Assembly (NCBI GenBank): GCA_963668315.1
Contig: OY764216.1
Span: 192,001-256,000 of the forward strand
DNA from: Spirochaetia bacterium
Lineage (GTDB): Bacteria; Spirochaetota; Spirochaetia; DSM-2461
Direction: 5' to 3'
Length of the DNA stretch: 64,000 nucleotides
Part shown: piece by piece, positions 29,289 through 38,235 of the stretch
Position numbering within the stretch: position 1 is the first letter of the stretch
Layout of the letters: every line of letters begins with the position of its first letter
Notes under the pieces: generated by a model
What the model was told of the DNA's origin: nothing
What the model saw: only the letters and a program-made list of their open reading frames with translations
The model's database searches: none
Made by a program: the position numbers and the translations under genes

Positions 29289-29330
29289 TGTGCATATGCA
29301 CATATTAAACCCGAAAAAAAGATAGGTCAA
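29289..29330 (-). promoter_or_regulatory. Operon promoter with palindromic operator TGTGCATATGCACA
   Basis: TTGACC (29330-29325), 17-bp spacer, TAATAT (29307-29302); perfect 14-bp palindrome 29289-29302 over the predicted TSS. Confidence 0.65.
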
Positions 29331-29511
29331 GGGAGAAACGGGAATTTTACGCTTCCCCCTATGCTCCCGGCCGTCTGTCTACCCTTCGGCCGGATTTTTC
29401 TCACCATGATTTATAGAACTTAAGTTCTATTTACCATATTCATATCCGCTCTATAATTATTGTTGCGTTAAGCATTCACTTCATTTCATCAAAGAACACG
29501 CGGGAGAACCT

Positions 29512-29646
29512 ATGAAAAAATTGTTTTACCTCGCCCTGACGATAGATCAGGGGACTCTGACACCGGTATTCTCTCCCCTATCGATAGCCGCCGAGAATCC
29601 CCAGATAGACTTCGCCTACGATGACACCGATCTCACGACCTACTAA
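29512..29646 (+). pseudogene. 44-aa ORF, possible deletion remnant of a secreted protein gene
   Basis: GGGAG RBS, MKKLFYLAL start, upstream TATAAT (29452), downstream hairpin cccggccc-tccg-gggccggg. Confidence 0.35.
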
Positions 29647-29686
29647 TTCCCGTCCCGGCCCTCCGGGGCCGGGCAACGCAGGCGCC

Positions 29687-30262
29687 CTATTCGCCCCCGA
29701 TCTCACCCTTCAGCCCGATCGCCTCGGCGGACTCCTTCATCCCGTCGATGCACTCCTGCATCAGCTCGCCGATCTCCAGGCCGATCATCTCCGCGCCCTT
29801 CAGCACCAGATCCCGGTCCACCCCGGCGGCGAACCCCTTGGACTTCCACTTCTTCTTCACCGACTTCACCGTCAGGTCCAGCACGCTCTTGCTCGGCCGC
29901 ATCAGGCAGGTGGCGTAAATCAGCCCGGTCAGCTCGTCGCAGGCATAAAGATACTTCTCCATAAACTCCGCCGGCTCCTCGTCGGAGCAAATCCCCCACC
30001 CGTGGGAACAGACCCCGTGGATATACTCCTCAGGCCAGCCCTCTCCCTCAAGGATCACCCGGGCCTTCACGCAGTGCTGTTCGGGAAACTTCTCATAATC
30101 GATATCGTGGACCAGCCCGATCACGCCCCATTTATCCCCGTCCTCGCCCCTTTTCAGGGCCGCATGGCGCATCACCGACTCCACCGTCAGGGCGTGAACG
30201 ATAAGATTCTCCGACTCATTGTACTTCTTAAGCAAAGTAAAAGCTTCCTCTCTCGTGGGCAT
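29687..30262 (-). CDS. HD-domain (HDIG-type) phosphohydrolase
   Basis: H..TVE, GLVHDIDYE, SH, DELTGLI, FAAGVDR. Confidence 0.88.
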   Translation of the reverse strand: MPTREEAFTLLKKYNESENLIVHALTVESVMRHAALKRGEDGDKWGVIGLVHDIDYEKFPEQHCVKARVILEGEGWPEEYIHGVCSHGWGICSDEEPAEFMEKYLYACDELTGLIYATCLMRPSKSVLDLTVKSVKKKWKSKGFAAGVDRDLVLKGAEMIGLEIGELMQECIDGMKESAEAIGLKGEIGGE

Positions 30263-30317
30263 AAATTCCTCCTGATGCCCCCCATCATATCACGATTGAC
30301 TTCTTTATGGGCCCCCC

Positions 30318-30428
30318 TGCGCGCCTCCGGCCCGCAGGCCGCTATGTCCGGGGGTCCGCTATCGCTCCCGTCCCGCCGGGCTCCCCCCGGCGCGACCGCC
30401 TCCGGCGCCCCTCCCAGCGCTGGGCCAT
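30318..30428. repeat. GC-rich REP-like intergenic element, copy 2
   Basis: Nested short hairpins; shares motifs with 5877-5975. Confidence 0.45.
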
Positions 30429-30562
30429 GGTGCGCAATATTTTCCCGTTTTTAAAGAAAATAACTGGAAATCCCCCTAAAGATGTACTAGACTTTGTAAC
30501 GCGACGCTTCGGCGTATGCGCTATTACAAAATACCCTCTTTGAAGAAAGGAGACCCAAACTT

Positions 30563-33196
30563 ATGAAAAAGAAACAATTGGCACTGCTCTCTACAGCAGT
30601 TGCTTTCGCTTTGCTGATGACAGGATGTAACCTGGGCATGGCAGACACAGTCAGGATCGTGACCGATCCCACATTCCAGGTAAATCTGGGTGAGCGGTTA
30701 AATGTCTTAACCGATACAATCAACCTGGACGAAGAGCTAAATGATGCCATCAGTGATAATGCAGATGTTCTTTCTATAAATGACGTTGGCATTCCATACG
30801 ATGTCGACGGTGATGCGGCCACTGATGATCAGACGGTCAAATCAATTCGCATGGAAATGGATCTTTTCAACTACTCCATAAACGACTTCGCCGGCGAAAA
30901 CCTGAATCTGGATTCGATATCCCAGGACATTGACCCTGTTGAATTCACCATCCCCGAAATCAACAGCAACCAGTCCTTCGCAACCGGCTTCGACCCCATC
31001 GCTTTACCTATCGACGCATCGATTCCCACCGTATCAATCCCCTCCATTCCCGAAGTGGATGGAACTGCGACTGTATCGACCCCCACAGCCATAACGGCCG
31101 AAGGTTTTGATTCCATGACCTTTGATTCGGGGACCCTGTCGATAGCTGTGGCTATTACCGGCGGCTCCGGCTCCCAGACTGTCACCATCAACTCAGCACA
31201 GATAATGAATGGGGCCACGGAAGTGACCAATACGTCCAATACCCCGGTAACTGCTGACGGAACGCTTACCTTTCCTCTGTCGGGAGTAACCCTCCCCTCC
31301 TCCTTTACCATTGATTTTTCCGTAACGGTTACAGATGCGGCTCCCATAAATACCTTCACCATGGATCTGACATCTACATTCTCCGGAGACACTACGGTTA
31401 CCGCCGCTACGGGCATAACAGTAGATGAAAGTCTTTCTGACACCGTAACGGTTCCCCTTGGGAATGCCGACTTGGTAAGTGCCGATATCGGAACCGGAGG
31501 AATAGATATAGACCTCAGCCTTGATCCTTCCTGGACAAACCTGGAAACAACCATGGATTGGACTCTGAGGCAGGGAGCCACGGTACTGGGCAGCGCGGCG
31601 GGCATTTCCGTAGACAACACGGACTCACTTCCCGGTACTGTTGAAATCGACCTTGCCGGAGTATCACTCACCGCCGCTGACCTGACTCTCGATTACACCG
31701 TATACGTTCAGACCGCCATCGACCAAACATCGGATTTCTCCGTTACATCGGGAGTGGATGAAGTTAGCGGAACAGCAACGGCAGGGATAACCTCTTTCAA
31801 TACCTTGGTTCTGACTGTCCCCGATATGGACTTTACCGATACTATCATTGAAAACCTATCCTCCGACGTTACAGACAATATTACCTCCATTACCTTCGCC
31901 GATACCGCGGCGGTAACGATGCAAATAGTCAACAATCTTCCCGGGTCCACCACGATTGACGTGACACTGAACTCTACGGAACTGGGCCTCAGCGGAACGA
32001 ACAGCTTCGCAAGCGGAACTAACAGTGACAGCTGGAGCATCCTCGATGGATCCTTCCCTAAAACCCTGACCATAGCATCTATCACCGACTCCGCAGATGA
32101 CGCCGACACCGATGTGGACCTGGATCTCGGGATTTCCGTATCTATCTCCGGTTACAACAGCACGAACAGCCAGCTGACTCTTAATAACGTTAACGCCAAA
32201 GCAACCTATGGAATATCCGGAACGGTTACTACCGATCTTTCCATACAACAGGTAGTCATAAGCGGCGTAAACCTCCAGGAAGAGTATCCCGACGTAACCG
32301 GCGGCGAAGATCCCATGGATTTGAGCATGCTCAGCGATTACCTGCCCGATACTATAACCTTCCCCGGAATCGCCCCCGAACTCCTTCTGAATCTGGATAC
32401 GTCCGAAACAATGAACTTGAAAGTATTCGTTCATGTTGATTACAAATACATGGATGCAACCGATACGGAACAGACCGTATCTCTCGACTTGATAGGAACG
32501 GACACCAATTCGGATGGAACTCCCGAAACGTACGGGGAGTATGATGAGGAAACTTCCTCCATTCCCCTTGATGAAGTCGGAACCATGATAAACCGGAGAG
32601 CCTACGATATTGTCTTCACCTATGACGTAATGCTTAACGGGGCGACGATAAATGTAAGCGGAAGCGACCAGAGAATGCAGACTGCCGTAGCTGCGGACAT
32701 CCCCCTGCTGCTCAACTCCTCGGGAGACACTAAATTGGTTGATGAAAATGACGAAGATATCATCCCGGCTATGGATGAGGATATTTTCGGAAGAACCGCC
32801 GAAGACGATGAGATGAGCACATTTATTGATTTCCTGAAATCGGCCAGCATCGATGTAACTTACAAAAATGCGATATCCAATGATCCCGACAACCAATTGG
32901 TCGGATTCAGGCTCGATGTCGTGGAAGATACCAATCCGGCAGGCGAAAGTGATTTCAATTTTTCCCAAACTTTCCAAATAACCGATGCCCCTTCGGGAAA
33001 CATATCACTTGCCCTGGATGAAAATGACTTTGACAGAATCGCTGCCGATTCGACGTTTATGCCCCGATTCGAACTATATCTCCTTGACGGGAATCACTAT
33101 TTGCCGCAGGGATTCGACTTTGATATTTCAGCTCAAATCAGCATCCAGTCGGAAGTTGACACGACACTTGACGAACTCATGGGAGAAGACGAGTAA
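30563..33196 (+). CDS. Large acidic beta-rich lipoprotein of unknown function
   Basis: Lipobox LLMTGC; 877 aa, D/T/S-rich; RBS AAGGAG. Confidence 0.7.
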   Translation: MKKKQLALLSTAVAFALLMTGCNLGMADTVRIVTDPTFQVNLGERLNVLTDTINLDEELNDAISDNADVLSINDVGIPYDVDGDAATDDQTVKSIRMEMDLFNYSINDFAGENLNLDSISQDIDPVEFTIPEINSNQSFATGFDPIALPIDASIPTVSIPSIPEVDGTATVSTPTAITAEGFDSMTFDSGTLSIAVAITGGSGSQTVTINSAQIMNGATEVTNTSNTPVTADGTLTFPLSGVTLPSSFTIDFSVTVTDAAPINTFTMDLTSTFSGDTTVTAATGITVDESLSDTVTVPLGNADLVSADIGTGGIDIDLSLDPSWTNLETTMDWTLRQGATVLGSAAGISVDNTDSLPGTVEIDLAGVSLTAADLTLDYTVYVQTAIDQTSDFSVTSGVDEVSGTATAGITSFNTLVLTVPDMDFTDTIIENLSSDVTDNITSITFADTAAVTMQIVNNLPGSTTIDVTLNSTELGLSGTNSFASGTNSDSWSILDGSFPKTLTIASITDSADDADTDVDLDLGISVSISGYNSTNSQLTLNNVNAKATYGISGTVTTDLSIQQVVISGVNLQEEYPDVTGGEDPMDLSMLSDYLPDTITFPGIAPELLLNLDTSETMNLKVFVHVDYKYMDATDTEQTVSLDLIGTDTNSDGTPETYGEYDEETSSIPLDEVGTMINRRAYDIVFTYDVMLNGATINVSGSDQRMQTAVAADIPLLLNSSGDTKLVDENDEDIIPAMDEDIFGRTAEDDEMSTFIDFLKSASIDVTYKNAISNDPDNQLVGFRLDVVEDTNPAGESDFNFSQTFQITDAPSGNISLALDENDFDRIAADSTFMPRFELYLLDGNHYLPQGFDFDISAQISIQSEVDTTLDELMGEDE

Positions 33197-34452
33197 TGAA
33201 AAATACAAATAAAAAAGGCTTATGCCTCCTATTGATGATATTAGTTACCGTGACCATGGGCCTGAGCGCCAACCCCATTCAGCCCTGGGATCACGAGTTC
33301 AACCCCGCTCTCCTGAGTACGGGAGAGAGAACTTTTCTGGAAGTGGGAACTTCCGCCAACGTGGCCGTTTCCAACAGCTATTTCACCATGCAGCAGCTTT
33401 TCCCCGCCGACGGGGTCCTTACCATAGACTTCAATGCCATGATGGATGATCTGGGAGACAAGGATCTCAAAGTAGCCCTCTCCGTTGAAGCCGAAGAGCA
33501 TGCGGTTCTGACTATCCTGGGCCTGAGCCTGGGTGAGTACTCCTCCGTCAGCGGAGCCGTCTCCACCGCCGTTCCCAACGGCGTAATTGAAGCAATTGCC
33601 GACGGCATCAGCATCGGGGAAACCAATGAGGGAACCGGTGAAGTTTACGCCAAGGTATTCGCCAAAGCCGGTATGTACCTCGGATTCCGCTGGAAGGACT
33701 GGCAGATCGGCACCAAAGCCGGCGCCTTTGCCCCCGTGGTCTACACCGACGGCGACGCCAGCTTCACCTATGACGTATCCAACGGTTCCGACGGCACCAT
33801 TAATGCCGAAGCTTCCGCGTCCATACCCTTCTACTCCATGCTGAATATCACCGATATGGGCGATACCGATTCTCAGACGATTATCAACTCTCTGGGATAC
33901 AGCCTGGACCTCGGTCTGGTCAAGATGAAGAACAAGAAGCCCCATTACGGCTTCAGCCTGACAGGGATTACCCTGGCTCCGGCCATGCTGCCCTACTCCA
34001 CCTTGGTTACGGCCAGTGCCACAATGAATGCCGCCGACCTCATCAGCTATGAGGATAACAATGAACCCTGGACGACCGACAGCAATGTGGAAGATGTGGA
34101 AACAGTGGAAGATCTCTATGAAGTGAGCATGCCCCTTTCCGTAGGCGGTTTCTATGTCCTTTCCGGCTACCCCGGATTTATTGACTGGATCGGCACTGCC
34201 GAAATCACACTGGATGACGGCGATGCCCTACTGGGCGCCGATATCACGGCCAAGGGCGCCGTATTCCCCCTGACGGCCCTGAGCCTCACCTTGGGATATG
34301 ACAAGTTCATGTGGGAATCTTCTCTGGGATTAAGATTCAGTCTTCATTTAATTGAAGTGGGACTTGATGTGGGTATGGCCAATACCCGCTTCGTCAACCT
34401 CTTCTCCCCCAGCGGCGTCAGTGCAGGTTTGAATGTGGCCGTAGGCCTCTAG
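33196..34452 (+). CDS. Putative outer-membrane beta-barrel protein
   Basis: Sec signal, amphipathic beta-strand pattern, C-terminal strand GLNVAVGL; TAATG overlap with the lipoprotein gene. Confidence 0.55.
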   Translation: MKNTNKKGLCLLLMILVTVTMGLSANPIQPWDHEFNPALLSTGERTFLEVGTSANVAVSNSYFTMQQLFPADGVLTIDFNAMMDDLGDKDLKVALSVEAEEHAVLTILGLSLGEYSSVSGAVSTAVPNGVIEAIADGISIGETNEGTGEVYAKVFAKAGMYLGFRWKDWQIGTKAGAFAPVVYTDGDASFTYDVSNGSDGTINAEASASIPFYSMLNITDMGDTDSQTIINSLGYSLDLGLVKMKNKKPHYGFSLTGITLAPAMLPYSTLVTASATMNAADLISYEDNNEPWTTDSNVEDVETVEDLYEVSMPLSVGGFYVLSGYPGFIDWIGTAEITLDDGDALLGADITAKGAVFPLTALSLTLGYDKFMWESSLGLRFSLHLIEVGLDVGMANTRFVNLFSPSGVSAGLNVAVGL

Positions 34453-34477
34453 AACCTCAGTCGTTTCAACAGCAATA

Positions 34478-34507
34478 AGCCGGTTCTCCAGGGGACCGGC
34501 TTTTTTT
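34478..34507 (+). terminator. Intrinsic terminator
   Basis: agccggttc...ggaccggc followed by T7. Confidence 0.75.
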
Positions 34508-34784
34508 AGAAGGTTATGGAAAAATCATAGTAGCGCCCCGTCGCCCGGGCGGGCCTGGATTCAACGGAGCGCACATAGGAACCGGATGGCCCGCGGCTTA
34601 CCGTTTCCTTCAAAGCTTCCAGATTCCGCTCAGAGCCTTCAGCCCATATCTCCACCGATCCGTCTCTGAGATTCCTTACCCAGCCGACCACCCCGATGCG
34701 GCGGGCCTGCCTTTCGGTAAACCACCGAAAGCCCACGCCCTGCACCTGACCTGTCACAATTAAATTCATTACGTCCATTGTCAT
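34506..34784 (-). CDS. acyP: Acylphosphatase
   Basis: VTGQVQGVGFR and GWVRNLRDGSVE signatures. Confidence 0.93.
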   Translation of the reverse strand: MTMDVMNLIVTGQVQGVGFRWFTERQARRIGVVGWVRNLRDGSVEIWAEGSERNLEALKETVSRGPSGSYVRSVESRPARATGRYYDFSITF

Positions 34785-34785
34785 C

Positions 34786-35418
34786 CTAAAAAGCCAGAAT
34801 CGAATCGATCAGCTTTACCTCTTCGGCCATATTGAAAGGAGTTCCTACCTCCGGCGGCTCTCCGGAAATCCGCTTAACCCTATAGTCGGACAGTCCTTCC
34901 CTTATGTAAAGGGGCGGGTCCAGCCCCAGATAAACCACAGAAAAATCGGTAAAGCCGTACTGCTTCATATAGGCGATCATCGTTCCGACGAATAATACCA
35001 TTCTTTCATCATTTCCCGGAATATCCTCCCCGACATCCAGGGGGATAAAATGGCGGACATCGGCAAAATCCATGATTACCAGACCGATATTCTCCCTGTA
35101 GGCTTCATAGAGGAGATGGCTGAAGTGCAGATAACGGTCATAACCGGGAAGAGCAACGAGTAGGACCATCTCTCCCGGCTTCTCAGATCCGACAGCACGG
35201 GTTCCCCTGTACTGGGTAAAAAGCTCCATCCGGTCAAAATAGGAAAAATAGGGGTTTTCCGAAGGATGGATTTTTTCCATCTCCACGACCGGACGGTCGT
35301 ACATTACCGGCGGCTCCCTGAAACGCATGTCATAAACGCGGAGAGAGAAAAAAAGAACTAATAGAACTAATATATTGATCCACAGGAACAGAAGCTGTTT
35401 TTTCCTTATCCTCTTCAT
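34786..35418 (-). CDS. Hypothetical membrane-anchored protein
   Basis: Basic N-terminus plus one TM helix; TATAAT ends 6 nt before ATG 35418. Confidence 0.6.
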   Translation of the reverse strand: MKRIRKKQLLFLWINILVLLVLFFSLRVYDMRFREPPVMYDRPVVEMEKIHPSENPYFSYFDRMELFTQYRGTRAVGSEKPGEMVLLVALPGYDRYLHFSHLLYEAYRENIGLVIMDFADVRHFIPLDVGEDIPGNDERMVLFVGTMIAYMKQYGFTDFSVVYLGLDPPLYIREGLSDYRVKRISGEPPEVGTPFNMAEEVKLIDSILAF

Positions 35419-35546
35419 GGGTAAATTATAAACCCTGCGCCGCCTGCGGTAAAGGACGGAGCGCAATGTTCGCCCTTTTTTCTCCCGATCCCTTCCTTGA
35501 CGCTTACGTCTCAGCGGTTATAATAGACCTGAATAAGGAGAAGATT

Positions 35547-36068
35547 ATGGAATTCTTTGAAACGATAAAGAGCCGATACAGCTACCGGGGAGCCTTCACC
35601 GAAAAGAAGATCCCCCGGACAGATCTGGAAAAAATCGTTCAGGCCGGGCTTGATGCTCCGTCGGGAAAAAATAGGCAGACCACCGATTTCATTGTTGTAG
35701 ACAGGGATGATATCGTCCGTAAAATCAGAGAAATACCCGGCGGCAACAAGGCTTTATCCGGAGGAATGGCCTATATTCTCTGCATTGTGGACAAGGCTCC
35801 CGAAGCCTCCTTTGAAGGAATGGATTTTCAGGTGGAAGACTGCGCCGCCGCCGTTGAGAATATGCTTCTGGCCATAACCGCTCTGGGTTATGCGGGGGTT
35901 TGGATCGACGGATGGATCCGCTCCCATAACCGGGCTCAGATTCTGGCGGACTTGACCGGCGTTCCCGAAGATAAAACGGTACGGGTCATCATTCCCCTGG
36001 GAGAACCGGCGGAGGAATTGAAGCGGGTGGAAAAGAAGAGCTTGGGCGAAAGGGTGAAATTCATCTAG
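35547..36068 (+). CDS. Nitroreductase family protein
   Basis: SRYSYR, APSGKNRQ, DCAAAVENMLLAITALG; TTGACG-16-TATAAT promoter and AAGGAG RBS. Confidence 0.9.
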   Translation: MEFFETIKSRYSYRGAFTEKKIPRTDLEKIVQAGLDAPSGKNRQTTDFIVVDRDDIVRKIREIPGGNKALSGGMAYILCIVDKAPEASFEGMDFQVEDCAAAVENMLLAITALGYAGVWIDGWIRSHNRAQILADLTGVPEDKTVRVIIPLGEPAEELKRVEKKSLGERVKFI

Positions 36069-36086
36069 ATTTCAGCATCTCCCCAT

Positions 36087-36180
36087 AAAAAAACCGGCCC
36101 CACGGGCCGGTTAAAAATAAGGAGGAGTCTTATGAAAAAAACGATCCTTGCTGCCACTCAGTTAACAACTTAGTTACATT
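36087..36180 (-). ncRNA. Candidate small RNA with anti-SD/anti-AUG tract and its own terminator (5' end uncertain)
   Basis: Minus-strand terminator ACCGGCCC-GTG-GGGCCGG-T7 between two plus-strand genes, preceded by TTTTTTTCATAAGACTCCTCCTT. Confidence 0.45.
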
Positions 36181-36284
36181 GAAAGGATAGATTTATCCAC
36201 TATATACTCCATAAACCACGTACTATGGGGACGGTTACATTTTTTTTATTTTTTTATTCGAATTTTATATGACAGGAAAAGATT

Positions 36285-36737
36285 ATGATAAATCTGAGAA
36301 ACGGCAGGCTGGATGATATTCCCCGGCTGCTGCAGCTTCTGGAAATTTTAACGGGAATCGAAGAGTCCTTTGATTTTGACCGGGAAGCCCACACGAGAGG
36401 TCTTTCCCTTCTTATAGAAGCTCAGCCCCGGACCTGCGTTGCCGTGGCTGAGGAGAGCGGAAAGGTAATCGGGATGTGTACGGGCCAGACGGTTATCTCC
36501 ACAGCCATGGGGGGGCCTTCGGTATGGGTGGAAGATGTGGTTGTTCACCCCGATTACCGCCGCCTGGGACTGGGAGCACAGCTCATGGATTACCTGTCGG
36601 ATTGGGCCGCAAGCTGCGGGGCGCTGCGCCAGCAGCTCCTGATAGATAACGACAACGGCTCCGCCTTGGAATTCTACAGAACTCAGAATTGGAAAAGAAC
36701 CAATTTCTCCTGTCTGAGAAAACTACGCCTCGAATAA
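36285..36737 (+). CDS. GNAT family N-acetyltransferase
   Basis: VEDVVVHPDYRRLGLG motif A; N..ALEFY motif B. Confidence 0.9.
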   Translation: MINLRNGRLDDIPRLLQLLEILTGIEESFDFDREAHTRGLSLLIEAQPRTCVAVAEESGKVIGMCTGQTVISTAMGGPSVWVEDVVVHPDYRRLGLGAQLMDYLSDWAASCGALRQQLLIDNDNGSALEFYRTQNWKRTNFSCLRKLRLE

Positions 36738-36882
36738 GCAACCTGATCTGAAAATTTCCCCGGGCCGGAGACCCGGCCTTCACCGATCCCGGCGGTATGG
36801 CCGATAAAAGAAATCCTGCCATGGAAAATATTTATTCCCTCCTCCTTGACCAGTCATACCTGTTGATCTATCATCAGAAAAC

Positions 36883-38085
36883 ATGGGAAAACGTAAAAAA
36901 CTGGACCCCGCCCTTCTGAAAATCCTGTTGGGAATCTATATTCCCGGTTTCTTCATTCAGCTGGGATCGGCACTGACGCAGCCTTTCAGCCCCCTTTACT
37001 CCCGGGAACTGGGAGCCGGACTGGCCATGGTGGGAGCCATAGCCGCGGCGCAGGGTATCGGCCTGGTCGTCTTCGATCTGCCCGGCGGTTGGCTGGGAGG
37101 GAAAATACGGGAGAGGACATTCATAAACATCAGCGTGATTCTTCTTTTTTTCTGCGCTTTGGGAAAAGGCTTTATCAGAACCCCTCTTCAGTTTCTCTTC
37201 CTCAACGTAGCTTCCGGCATGGCCACGGCCGCCTGGGGCATTGGCCGTCTGGCCTATTTCCGAAGAAGAATTCCCTCTCAGATACGGGGAAGAACTCTGT
37301 CCCTCATGGGGGGAGTCATGCGCGTCACCCGTATTATCACTCCCATCATGGGAGGATTTCTTGTCAAATACATGGGTTTCCGAATGATTTTCTTCATCCA
37401 GGCGGGTTTTACTCTGGCTGCCGTTCTTACTTCCTTTCTTATGATAGAAAAGGGAAGTGCGCCCCAGGAAGAGGGAACCCTCCCGGGAAAAGTACTGAAG
37501 GACTGCTTCAGCCAGAACGGGAAAAACATCATTATCGCCATGATCGGCATCACGGGGCTTCAGCTGATAAGAACATCCCGGAACCTGATATTCCCCCTGT
37601 GGGCCGATCATATCGGAACTTCCGTGGAGATGATAGGAACCCTGACCAGCGCGGGCGGACTCATTGAAACGGCCCTGGTACTTCCCGCAGGATATATTAT
37701 GGACCGTTTCGGCCGGAAGAAATCGGTTGTTCCCTGTACGATCGGTCTGGGGCTGGCGCTTATGGTTCTGCCCCTGGCGCAGAATTTTCGGGGGCTGATT
37801 ATCGTCATGGTTCTGATGGCTCTGACTAACGGCATTGGAAGCGGCATCAATATGACCATAAGCTCAGACCTGGCACCGCGCCGGGCGGCATCGGAGTTTC
37901 TGGGAGTCTGGCGCTTCATCACCGATTCAAGTCAGGTTGTCGGTCCGTCTCTGGCGGGGTTGATCGCCGGATTTTCCACCCTGGCACTTGCTCCCGTCAC
38001 GGCGGGGCTTATGGGACTGGCCGCCGGCCTTCTCATGCTTTTCGGGATGAAGGAAACGGGAGGCACCGACAGATCACAGACGTAG
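36883..38085 (+). CDS. MFS transporter
   Basis: About 12 TM segments, GYIMDRFGRK motif A. Confidence 0.88.
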   Translation: MGKRKKLDPALLKILLGIYIPGFFIQLGSALTQPFSPLYSRELGAGLAMVGAIAAAQGIGLVVFDLPGGWLGGKIRERTFINISVILLFFCALGKGFIRTPLQFLFLNVASGMATAAWGIGRLAYFRRRIPSQIRGRTLSLMGGVMRVTRIITPIMGGFLVKYMGFRMIFFIQAGFTLAAVLTSFLMIEKGSAPQEEGTLPGKVLKDCFSQNGKNIIIAMIGITGLQLIRTSRNLIFPLWADHIGTSVEMIGTLTSAGGLIETALVLPAGYIMDRFGRKKSVVPCTIGLGLALMVLPLAQNFRGLIIVMVLMALTNGIGSGINMTISSDLAPRRAASEFLGVWRFITDSSQVVGPSLAGLIAGFSTLALAPVTAGLMGLAAGLLMLFGMKETGGTDRSQT

Positions 38086-38235
38086 CAGTCTGTCCCGAAA
38101 AGCACAAAAAAAAGAAAAGGGAAATCATTTCCCACCTTTACGTACAAACTTTTAACGAAATAACGCTGTTTTCGTCATTTTACCGTATTGATTAATTACA
38201 CAAATAGGAATACAACCATTCTCAAGAGGTGATAT

